Origin: Dehalococcoidia bacterium
GTDB lineage: Bacteria; Chloroflexota; Dehalococcoidia; Lucifugimonadales; Australimonadaceae
Direction: 5' to 3'
Assembly: GCA_965116015.1 (NCBI GenBank)
Contig: OZ220477.1
Span: forward strand, 1,165,704-1,229,703
DNA: 64,000 nt
The notes beneath the pieces were generated by a model. That model was not told the origin of the DNA. It saw only the letters and a program-made list of their open reading frames with translations, and did not search any database. The translations under genes were made by a program, and so were the position numbers. Shown here piece after piece: positions 27,768 through 36,031 of this stretch. Position 1 is the stretch's first letter. The number at the start of each line of letters is the position of its first letter.

Positions 27768-28103
27768 ATGGGAAAATTCATCGTGCTCTATCGCTCGCCC
27801 GTGTCATTTATGGACGGAATGAAAGACGCCGCCCCTGAACAGCAACAGCAAGCCATGGCCCCCTGGATGGCCTGGTTCCAGCGCTGCGGCGACCAGCTCG
27901 TCGACATGGGCGGACCGCTCGCGAACGCGCAGACGTTCACCGCCAGCGACAGCGCCTCCGGCGGCTCAGACGTCGTGGGCTACTCCATCCTCGAAGCCGA
28001 CAGCATTGAGGCCGCCCACGCCCTCATCGAAGGCCACCCCCACCTCGATTGGCGCGACGGCTGCTCAGTGGAAGTCCACGAGCAGATGATGGTGGGCGGA
28101 TAG
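27768..28103 (+). CDS. YCII/DGPF-like small alpha-beta protein
   Basis: 111 aa, MGKFIVLY..., GGPL...VVGYSILEADSIEAAHALIEGHPH pattern. Confidence 0.5.
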   Translation: MGKFIVLYRSPVSFMDGMKDAAPEQQQQAMAPWMAWFQRCGDQLVDMGGPLANAQTFTASDSASGGSDVVGYSILEADSIEAAHALIEGHPHLDWRDGCSVEVHEQMMVGG

Positions 28104-28116
28104 CCTAGCCCGCGTC

Positions 28117-29013
28117 TCAGTTCACCTTCGCGATGACTTGCTCCCCAAAGGCGGGAATCTGCTCGTCGATGATGTCGTTCAGGAACTGCACATGGAACGT
28201 ATCGATGCCTGCCTCCCGGCAACGCTCGATTGTCTCCAGCGCTTCCTCCGCCGTGCCCATCAACCCTCCCTGGTTCCCGAACGTCGTCGCCAGCTTGGTC
28301 GAGGGATCGTCATCGCCAACGTAAGCGTTGCAGTTGACCACCCGGTGAATCGTCCCCGGATCCCGGCCTGCCGCGATCGCCGCCTCCTCCAGCGTCGCCA
28401 GCTGCTGACGGTACGCGTCGAGGTCCGCCGGCCACCCCCCGTTGCGTATCCAACCATCCGCCATGCGCCCCGTGAGGCGCAGCATCCGGGGCAGCGACGC
28501 CCCGATGAAGATCGGAATCGCGCCGTTCACCGGCTTAGGCGTAACCGTCGCTCCGTCAACGCTGTGCCGCTTGCCGGCGTACGTGAAGCTGTCGTTCGCC
28601 CACGTCCCGCGCAGAATCTCGATGGCGTCGACGAGACCCTCGACGCGCTCCCCTGGCGAACCGAACTCGATTCCGTACGTCGTGAAGTGATCCTTCTGCG
28701 TGCCCGCCCCGAGCGTCAGGATGACCCTGCCTCCGCCAGTGATAGCGTCAAGCCCTGTCGCCATCTTCGAGAGGAGCGCAGGGTTCCGGAACGGAACATT
28801 CAGCGTCGAATGCGTCACGCGCAGCCGCTCCGTCTGCAACGCGACTGCCGTCGCGAGCGTCCACCCCTCCAGGTTGTTCTCCGGCGGACGGTCGCTGAAC
28901 GATATGTTCTGAAAACCGGCAGCCTCAGCCGCTTTCGCGACCGCAACCACCCGGTCGTACGGCAAACCTCGCGGATTGATTCCGAACCGCGCCGCATTCT
29001 TGCTGCGCCCCAT
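28117..29013 (-). CDS. LLM-class (luciferase-like) flavin/F420-dependent oxidoreductase
   Basis: FGINPRG..., SFSDRP, LTLGAG, GERVEGLVDAIEILRGTW, and FHVQF at the C-terminus. The start is at M32 of the tracked ORF, preceded by GGAGGAG. Confidence 0.8.
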   Translation of the reverse strand: MGRSKNAARFGINPRGLPYDRVVAVAKAAEAAGFQNISFSDRPPENNLEGWTLATAVALQTERLRVTHSTLNVPFRNPALLSKMATGLDAITGGGRVILTLGAGTQKDHFTTYGIEFGSPGERVEGLVDAIEILRGTWANDSFTYAGKRHSVDGATVTPKPVNGAIPIFIGASLPRMLRLTGRMADGWIRNGGWPADLDAYRQQLATLEEAAIAAGRDPGTIHRVVNCNAYVGDDDPSTKLATTFGNQGGLMGTAEEALETIERCREAGIDTFHVQFLNDIIDEQIPAFGEQVIAKVN

Positions 29014-29180
29014 TATCTCCTCCGAAGCGTTCTTTAGCCGATTCCCCAATGGCGAGCATACATCCCCGGCGGCGGAACGCCAACAGACGCCAGCCAGAGA
29101 GCGCATCCCTTTCAGACAAAGACCCCGCCCAAAGCCATCCGGGGGCTGACCGGCGCACCCGGCTACGGTACGCTATACGT

Positions 29181-29603
29181 ATGATCCGCGTTACCGACGC
29201 CATCCAACTCGCCGAGCGCGAGATCGAGACCTCCTACGTAACCGCGTCAGGCCCCGGCGGACAGAACGTCAATCGCGTAGCCACCGCCGCCCACCTGCGC
29301 TTCGACGCCGCTGCATCCCCCTCGCTCCCAGACGACGTCAAGCGGCGACTCCGAAGCATCGCAGGCAAGCGCCTCAACGCCGGCGGAGTGCTCGTCATCA
29401 AGGCGCAGCGTTACCGAACTCGCGAGCGCAACCGCGAGGACGCTCTCGATCGCCTCGTCCGCATCATTGCAAGAGCAGAGCGCCCGCCGCGCTCCCGCCG
29501 TCCCACCCAGCCAACGACGCAATCCATCGAGCGCCGCCTCCAGGAAAAGCGGAGGCGCGCGCAGACCAAACAGACCAGAGCGCAAGCCATCGACGAGGAG
29601 TAG
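29181..29603 (+). CDS. arfB: alternative ribosome-rescue factor ArfB (peptidyl-tRNA hydrolase, GGQ domain)
   Basis: ASGPGGQNVNRVATA GGQ motif plus a basic C-terminal tail. 140 aa. Confidence 0.9.
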   Translation: MIRVTDAIQLAEREIETSYVTASGPGGQNVNRVATAAHLRFDAAASPSLPDDVKRRLRSIAGKRLNAGGVLVIKAQRYRTRERNREDALDRLVRIIARAERPPRSRRPTQPTTQSIERRLQEKRRRAQTKQTRAQAIDEE

Positions 29604-29652
29604 CGGCAACCCGCGCCGCGCTCCCCAGCCCCAAGCGGACAAAGGAGCAACG

Positions 29653-30846
29653 ATGCCCCGACTCGAAGACCTCTCGGAAGTCGCGCGACAGGGCCACCTC
29701 AATTTTCCCGCGTTCGACCACGACAACGCGCCATGCGCGCCGTTCACGAAACCGCTCTCCGAGGCCAAACTCGCCCTCGTCACAACTGCCGGGCTTCACC
29801 TCCGCGGCGACGCTCCGTTCGCCAGCGGCGACGAATCGTATCGCGTCATTCCCTCGTCGGCCCTGGCGCGCGACATCATCCAAAGCCACGCGAGCATCGG
29901 GTTCGACCGTGCCCCCATAATGCGCGACATCAACGTAACGTTCCCCATCGACCGCCTGCGCGAGCTAGTCGCGCACGGCGAACTGGGAGCGCTCTCCGGC
30001 AACTTCTACTCCTTTATGGGCGCCCAGCGCAGCCCCCGCCGCATCGAGCGGGAAACCGGCCCCGAGGTCGGCCGCCTGCTGCTCGACGAAGGCGCCGACG
30101 CCGCCCTCCTCACGCCCACCTGACCGAACTGCACGCACACGGTCAGTGTGCTGGCGCGGGCAATCGAAGAAACCGGCCTCCCAACCGTAACGATCGCCCT
30201 CATCAAAGAGCACGCGCAGCGCGTGAAGCCCCCTCGCGCCCTATGGGTCCCGTTCCCGTTCGGATGCGCGCTCGGCAAGCCCAACGACCCTGAGTTCCAG
30301 CACAAGACGCTCGCGGCCGCCCTCTCGCTGCTGCCCCTCGGCGCCGATCCCAGCCGCCCTGCGCCCATCCTCGCCGAATTCCCCGAAGACGGCGACGCTC
30401 TCGCGCGGCTCGTGCAGGCAAGCGATGCGCGCCCCGACCTCACCGCCCCAACCGCCGACCCCGCCAACGAAATCACCGCGCTCCGCGGCTACTACGAACG
30501 CTGGACAGCCGAGCACGACAACCGCACCGCAGTCGGCCTCAGCGGCGTCCCCCAGCGACAGTTCCGCGGCCTCGTCCGCTACCTGCAAGCGTTCGCCCGC
30601 GGCGACGACGCCTCCTACGACCTCGCGCCACAGGAATTGCCCGCCGGACGCTTCCTCCGCCTCGCCTCCGACGACCTCAAGGCGTTCTACTTCGAGGCTC
30701 GCTTCTCCCAGCGCCCCGACCAGCAGCACAACGACCTCCAGCGCTGGTTCTGGGCCGAGACCGCTATGGGCCCCCTGCTCGCCTCGGTCGCCGCCCGCCT
30801 CTCGGAGCAGGGCGACAACCGCAGCGCCCAAGGCATCGCCCGCTAG
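29653..30846 (+). CDS. glycine/sarcosine/betaine/D-proline reductase selenoprotein B family (GrdB/PrdB-like) protein, with in-frame UGA (Sec) at 30121-30123
   Basis: ORFs 29467..30123 and 30148..30846 are in the same frame, separated only by the TGA. The joined sequence reads ...ALLTPT-U-PNC-THTVSVLARAIEETGLPTV...VPFPFGCALGKP, matching the U-x-x-C region and P-x-G motif of the GRDB family. AAGGAG RBS before the ATG at 29653. Confidence 0.8.
30135..30151 (+). promoter_or_regulatory. SECIS-like hairpin (gcacac-GGUCA-gtgtgc) starting 11 nt after the UGA
   Basis: 6-bp perfect stem with a GGUC-containing apical loop, at the spacing expected for bacterial SECIS elements. Confidence 0.55.
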
Positions 30847-31032
30847 AGCCGAGCCGTCCGCCCTTCGCGCAACGACCTCTCCGCCCTCCATACCCCCTGA
30901 GGAACAGCGCGAGCCCGCCCCCATCGCCATAGCTCCATCGCAGTGAACGCAAAGCGGCGCGCAGCATTCCCGCCCCCGCTCCGCGACATCCGTCCATTGA
31001 CGCCCCACGCCTGCTCGCGCGACACTAAAGGA

Positions 31033-31173
31033 GCTTAGGGCGTCGTAAGGCGCAAACCCTGCGTCCGTGTGGACGCTAGGGCTGTCGGTTATCTACAGAT
31101 GAGCAGGTATGACGCGCGGCGCGAGCCGCTCGCCCCCTGCATGCTCATCTGTGGAGCCGGAGACGCCCTAAGC
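31033..31173 (+). other. branched, nested inverted-repeat element (candidate structured RNA) upstream of the MTase-HNH gene
   Basis: Outer 12-bp perfect helix 31033-31044/31162-31173. Hairpin gcgtcc-gtgt-ggacgc at 31061-31076. Inner 14-bp helix 31092-31105/31142-31155 (one G-U). Apical gcggc-GCGA-gccgc at 31116-31129. Confidence 0.45.
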
Positions 31174-31318
31174 AAGCACACTTCGTCCGCGCGCTGCAGG
31201 GGGTTCCTCGTGCTCACGGCTTGGCGACAGCAACGACCAGATGCGACAGTGCTCGCGCTTGCGCCGCTGTCGAGCCGCCGCGACCTAACCACGCCCCCTC
31301 GCGCCACAGGCGCAGGGA

Positions 31319-32839
31319 ATGGCGGAACAGAACTTCCCTGACAACGTCCTTTACGAACTCGACAACCTCGACGTCCTCCGGGGAATGAACAGCGAAACAG
31401 TCGACCTCATCGCCACCGACCCGCCGTTCAACACCCAGCGCAACAGGTCGGGAACCGCAGGGTTCTACGTCGACAACTGGAAGTGGGGCGACACCGGCAT
31501 CCTCCCCGACCAGTGGGCATGGAACGAGGTGCACCCCGTTTGGCTCGAACAGATCAAAGACGACAAACCAGCCCTCTACGAGGTCATCGACGCCGCGCGA
31601 GCCTGCCACGGAGAAGACATCGCCGCCTTCCTCTGCTTCCTCAGCGTCCGCCTCCTGGAGATGCACCGTGTGCTCAAGCCTGCCGGCAGCATCTACCTCC
31701 ATTGCGACCACACCGCCAACGCCTACATCCGAATGGCGATGGACGCTGTATTCGGCCCCAAGAATTTCCGGAACGAAATCGTCTGGAACTACCGACGATG
31801 GCCCGCTAAGTCGCGCAATTTCCAGCGGATGCATGACACTATCTACTGGTATTCGAAAGGAACAGAGTGGACATGGAACCAGCAGTACGAAGCCTTAGCG
31901 CCTTCCACACTTAAGGCGGACGGGGGAAAGAAGATTCTCAACGTGTTCGATGAGCACGGCCATCGGGTTCGAGGCGTTAAAACCGGTGAAGACTCTCCCG
32001 GCGCGCTAATGCGTTCTGTTTGGGACATAGGCTTCATCTCTCCTACGGCAAAAGAGCGCACCGGCTCCCCTGACCAAAAACCGCTCGCGCTGTACGAGCG
32101 GATAATCCTAGCGAGCAGCAACCCGGGCGACCTCGTGCTAGACCCGTTCGCGGGATGTGCAACCACAATCATCGCGGCGCGGAAGCACGGCAGGCGATGG
32201 GTGGGCGTCGACCGCCGCAAAGACGCAAGGTTTCACGTCGTGATGCGCATGATGGACATCAAGGCCAAAGACGCCGAACAACTCCGCAAGGAGCGCCCCG
32301 ACCTCAGCGCCTGGCTGGATGATCAGCTCTCCCGCTACGACGCGCACTACGCCATCGAGCCGCCCGAGCGAACAGACAGCGGCGAGCACGCGGCTCCCGA
32401 ACTTGAGCAAGTGTTCTTCCCCATTCGCGGCGAGCGGCAGCCTTGGCAGCGCCTCGCCCACGCCGAAATGCAGGGCGTCCTCAACCGCGTGCAAGCCGCG
32501 AGCGACGGCGCGCAGACGATCTGCGCCGGCTGCGGGCGAGAGCTCGAATGGCAGTTTATGGAGCTCGACCACATCACCCCGAGAGCCGACGGCGGCGAGA
32601 ACTACATCACCAACCGGGTAATGCTCTGCCGCCCATGCAACGGGAAGAAGAAACACAATCTCACCCTCTCCGGCCTGCGCCGGCAGAACCGGCAAGACGG
32701 CTGGATGAAGGACGAGCCAAAGGCCCAGACCGTCCTGATGACCGTCCAACGGCAAACGCAGAAGATGCGCGACTCCTGGTCGAGCCCCGACGTGCAGGCG
32801 CTCATCCTCTCCGTGCGCAGCCAGCAGCCGCAGACATAG
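31319..32839 (+). CDS. beta-class N6/N4 DNA methyltransferase fused to a C-terminal HNH endonuclease domain
   Basis: Motif IV TDPPFN near the N-terminus and motif I DPFAGCATT later (beta-class order). The C-terminus has CAGCG...DHITPRADGG..NRVMLCRPCNGKK (HNH). Confidence 0.85.
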   Translation: MAEQNFPDNVLYELDNLDVLRGMNSETVDLIATDPPFNTQRNRSGTAGFYVDNWKWGDTGILPDQWAWNEVHPVWLEQIKDDKPALYEVIDAARACHGEDIAAFLCFLSVRLLEMHRVLKPAGSIYLHCDHTANAYIRMAMDAVFGPKNFRNEIVWNYRRWPAKSRNFQRMHDTIYWYSKGTEWTWNQQYEALAPSTLKADGGKKILNVFDEHGHRVRGVKTGEDSPGALMRSVWDIGFISPTAKERTGSPDQKPLALYERIILASSNPGDLVLDPFAGCATTIIAARKHGRRWVGVDRRKDARFHVVMRMMDIKAKDAEQLRKERPDLSAWLDDQLSRYDAHYAIEPPERTDSGEHAAPELEQVFFPIRGERQPWQRLAHAEMQGVLNRVQAASDGAQTICAGCGRELEWQFMELDHITPRADGGENYITNRVMLCRPCNGKKKHNLTLSGLRRQNRQDGWMKDEPKAQTVLMTVQRQTQKMRDSWSSPDVQALILSVRSQQPQT

Positions 32840-32851
32840 GCCCCGGATCCG

Positions 32852-34138
32852 CTACTCCTGCGCCTCCGGAGGCCTCGGCGAGCGCACGGCCAGAATCATC
32901 GCCGCCGACAGAATGAACGCTCCCGCAAACACCGTGAACGCCGCGTTATAGCTGCCCGTTGCGTCGCGGATAGCCCCCGCCGCCAGCGGCCCCACCGGAT
33001 TGATGAACGCCGTCATCAGCCCCATCTGCCCCCGGATCGCCCCCACCGACCGCCTCCCGAAATAGTTCGGCACAACAATCCGCTGGCTCACCGTCCACCC
33101 TCCCTGCGCAACCCCGAACGTCAGCCCGAAGAGAATCGAGCCCGCGAACGTCTCAGCATTGACGATGACAGCCATCGACAGGAAGTAGATGAGCGCCACC
33201 GACGCAATAACAAGCCTTATGTGGACGCGGTCCATAACCCATCCCCACGGCGCCGTCGTAATGGCCGAGGTCATCGCGAACGTGAACACAATGAGCACGG
33301 AACTCTCGAACTCCACCCCGCGCGACTGGAAGTGCGGCACAGCGTGCAGGTTCGTAGCCGTTTGGCCGAAGAACATCACCGACGTCGTGAGCAGGATGAG
33401 CCAGAACGCTGGCGTCCTGCGCGCCTGCCCCGCGCTCCACGCGAACTCGCTTGCCCCGGCGGCGCGTTCGCCTCCGGGCGCAGCGTCTAGAGCGTCGCCG
33501 TCGGGAACGAGCCCGTAGTCCTCCGGACGGCGACGCAAGTACACGAGCGCAGGAACGGTGATGAGCACGATGGCCGAGATCGCCAGCAACCCGTACGCCC
33601 ATCGCCAGCTGAGCAGCACAATCAGCGGCGCAACCGCCAGCGGCGTGAGCGCCTGCCCGAACCGGAGCCCGAACCCCGCCAGCGATGTGGCTCTTCCGCG
33701 CTTGCGGATGAACCAGTTCGCAATCGCGACAGTCGTCCCCAGCTGCACGCCGGCAATGGCGAACCCGCGCCCCGCGCCGAAGAATATCCACATCTGCCAC
33801 GGCGCTTGCATCAGCGCGAGGCCAACCATCGCCCCTGCCAGAGCCATTCCCGAGACCGCCGTAACAGTGCGCGTGCCGTAGCGATCCATCACGCGTCCCA
33901 TCGCCGCGGTCAGCACAGACCCGGTGAAACTGCCGACTGTGAACGCCGCCGCAACCTCCCAAGCCTTCCAGCCAGTCTCCTCCCGGATCGGCTCGAACCA
34001 CACGCTCAGGACAGGCCCGTAGAAAATGCACGACGCGAACGAAACAACGAGCGCCGTGGACGCGATCGCCCACCCGTAGTAGGCGTCGAACGGCCACAGC
34101 GAACCCGCCGGACTGCGGGCCCGCTGCGGAGCGCCCAT
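32852..34138 (-). CDS. MFS transporter (paralog of 22313..23683)
   Basis: About 12 hydrophobic segments, with the GRVMDRYGTR and NWFIRKRGRATS loops. Confidence 0.82.
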   Translation of the reverse strand: MGAPQRARSPAGSLWPFDAYYGWAIASTALVVSFASCIFYGPVLSVWFEPIREETGWKAWEVAAAFTVGSFTGSVLTAAMGRVMDRYGTRTVTAVSGMALAGAMVGLALMQAPWQMWIFFGAGRGFAIAGVQLGTTVAIANWFIRKRGRATSLAGFGLRFGQALTPLAVAPLIVLLSWRWAYGLLAISAIVLITVPALVYLRRRPEDYGLVPDGDALDAAPGGERAAGASEFAWSAGQARRTPAFWLILLTTSVMFFGQTATNLHAVPHFQSRGVEFESSVLIVFTFAMTSAITTAPWGWVMDRVHIRLVIASVALIYFLSMAVIVNAETFAGSILFGLTFGVAQGGWTVSQRIVVPNYFGRRSVGAIRGQMGLMTAFINPVGPLAAGAIRDATGSYNAAFTVFAGAFILSAAMILAVRSPRPPEAQE

Positions 34139-35302
34139 CTAGTTTCTGTCCGGCAAGTGAAAGAAGTTAACGGCGTTCTGAACGGTCATCTTGTAGACCT
34201 CCTCCTCAGGAACGCCGGCGAAGTTGTGCTTCATCACCTCGTCCGAATCGGGCCAGTCCGACTCCTGGTGCGGGAAGTCCGCCGCCCACACGAGGTGGTC
34301 AACGTTCAGATGATGGCGGAGGTCCACCCCGCTGCGATCCTGCTGAAAGCCCCAGTAGAAGTACTCGTTGAGCAGCTCGCTGGGCATCGCCTTGAGCGGC
34401 GTGAACCCGTTCATATGCTCCGCCCAGTAGATGTGACGGTTGTAGCGCACATCGGCAATCTCCAGGAAGAACGGAACCCACCCTATCGACGTCTCGGCAA
34501 GCATCACGCGCAGGTCTGGGAAGCGGTCGAACAGGCCGGAGAGCAGCAACTGCACCGCGTTCGTCCCAGCTCCGCGGGCGGCGAACCGCTGCACCTGAAA
34601 CGCAAGCTCCGTCGTAAGCCGCGCGTCGTGCTTCGGATAGTCGAGCAGCTTGCCGCTCTCGCCCGTTCTGGCGAGCTCCACATGGATGGAGACTGGCATC
34701 TGAAGGTCGAGCGACGACGCCCAGAATCGATCATCCTCGAGCAAGGGCTTGCCCCCGCCATTAGGAAACGTCAGCAGCTGTACGCCGGCGAGGCCTGCCC
34801 TCTTGCAGAACTCGATCTCGGCCACAGCATCGTCGATGCCGGTCGTGGGAATAGCGCCGATTCCGAAGAGCCGGTCAGGCGCCTCCGCGCAATACTCTTC
34901 GCCCATCCAGGCGTTCCAGCCCCGGAAGATCGCACGCTGAAGATCGTCGTCCTTCACTTTCATCCACAGACGCGGACCAACAACCACCGCGGGATAGAGA
35001 ATCTCCGCGTCGAGTCCGTCCCGCTCCTGCTCCTGAACGCGTTGCTGGGGAGAGCCAGTGCCGGGCGTGCTCTCGTACGTCTGCCCCCCGGGATACCAGA
35101 CGTCGCGGCCCTTGCCGCCGTACAAGTCCATCGGATTCTGCGCGGGAGGCAGATCCTCCAGCAGAGCAGCATCGGCGCCGGTATCGAGCTTGACAGTTTT
35201 GGGCGCGCGGTCGCGGAATCTCGGGTCGACGCGGTGGGTCCATCGCTCATTGGCGACTTCAAGGTGCGAATCGCCGGATATGCGGGTGTAGGGCGCCATC
35301 AA
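34139..35302 (-). CDS. amidohydrolase-2 (PF04909-like) family protein
   Basis: ISGDSHLE N-terminal metal motif, VSIHV, and the AADFPHQESDWP C-terminal motif. Its stop directly abuts the MFS start (operon). Confidence 0.8.
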   Translation of the reverse strand: MMAPYTRISGDSHLEVANERWTHRVDPRFRDRAPKTVKLDTGADAALLEDLPPAQNPMDLYGGKGRDVWYPGGQTYESTPGTGSPQQRVQEQERDGLDAEILYPAVVVGPRLWMKVKDDDLQRAIFRGWNAWMGEEYCAEAPDRLFGIGAIPTTGIDDAVAEIEFCKRAGLAGVQLLTFPNGGGKPLLEDDRFWASSLDLQMPVSIHVELARTGESGKLLDYPKHDARLTTELAFQVQRFAARGAGTNAVQLLLSGLFDRFPDLRVMLAETSIGWVPFFLEIADVRYNRHIYWAEHMNGFTPLKAMPSELLNEYFYWGFQQDRSGVDLRHHLNVDHLVWAADFPHQESDWPDSDEVMKHNFAGVPEEEVYKMTVQNAVNFFHLPDRN

Positions 35303-35491
35303 TCATGCCTCCGGGCAGCCCTTGCTTCATCTACTGGACGCTATCGGCTCCAACAGGACTGCTCAGGGCGTAGTATCGCCCCAAACCGCGATTTGCGCGA
35401 CCCGCGCCGACCCGCGCGTCAGTCCCTCCGCTGCGACGCGAACGGGGGGGCAGAGAAACGCGCCTGCTGCTAAGATTAAGGCGGTGCAGGG

Positions 35492-36031
35492 TTGGAATCT
35501 TCCGCTGTTCGAGCCTACCGCATAGCCATACTCCTCGCTCTCGCCATCGTCGCCGCCGCGATGGCGGCAACAGAGGCGCGCGCGCAGCCGTACGAGGACC
35601 TCCCCCCCGACCTTGAGCAGCGCGCCCAGCGGCTGCACAGCGCCATTATGTGCGCCCAGTGCGCCGGCCAGTCGCTTGATCAGTCGAACGCCCCTCTCGC
35701 CAAGACGATGCGCCAGACAATCCGCGAGCAGCTCATCGCCGGCGACGACGACGACGAAATCATCGCTCTGATGGTGAGCGCCTACGGCGAGGGCATCCTC
35801 GCCTCTCCGCCAGCTCGCGGATTCTCGCTCGCGGCTTGGGTAGTTCCGCCCATCGCCATCCTGCTCGGCGCCGTCGCAGTAGCTTTCGCCGTCCGGAGCT
35901 TGCGCCGAAAACCGCAAGCAGCCGGGCATGATGCGGCAGGTGCCCCGTCCGGCCTAGAGCCGTACCTCGACATCGTCGACCGGGAGCTCGCCGGCGAAGC
36001 GGCGAGCGGGAGACCCGGCGCCAGTGGCTAA
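35492..36031 (+). CDS. ccmH: cytochrome c-type biogenesis protein CcmH/CycL
   Basis: Signal-like N-terminus, the RLHSAIMCAQCAGQSLDQSNAPLA (CxxC) motif, and a C-terminal TM segment. TTG start is assumed. Confidence 0.75.
   Translation: MESSAVRAYRIAILLALAIVAAAMAATEARAQPYEDLPPDLEQRAQRLHSAIMCAQCAGQSLDQSNAPLAKTMRQTIREQLIAGDDDDEIIALMVSAYGEGILASPPARGFSLAAWVVPPIAILLGAVAVAFAVRSLRRKPQAAGHDAAGAPSGLEPYLDIVDRELAGEAASGRPGASG

Noticed and set aside
31089-31097. DnaA-box-like TTATCTACA (one mismatch to TTATCCACA) near the skew-neutral zone, as a possible oriC
   Set aside because: It is a single near-match lying inside a helix of the structured element. There is no cluster of boxes, no AT-rich unwinding region, and no dnaA/dnaN nearby.
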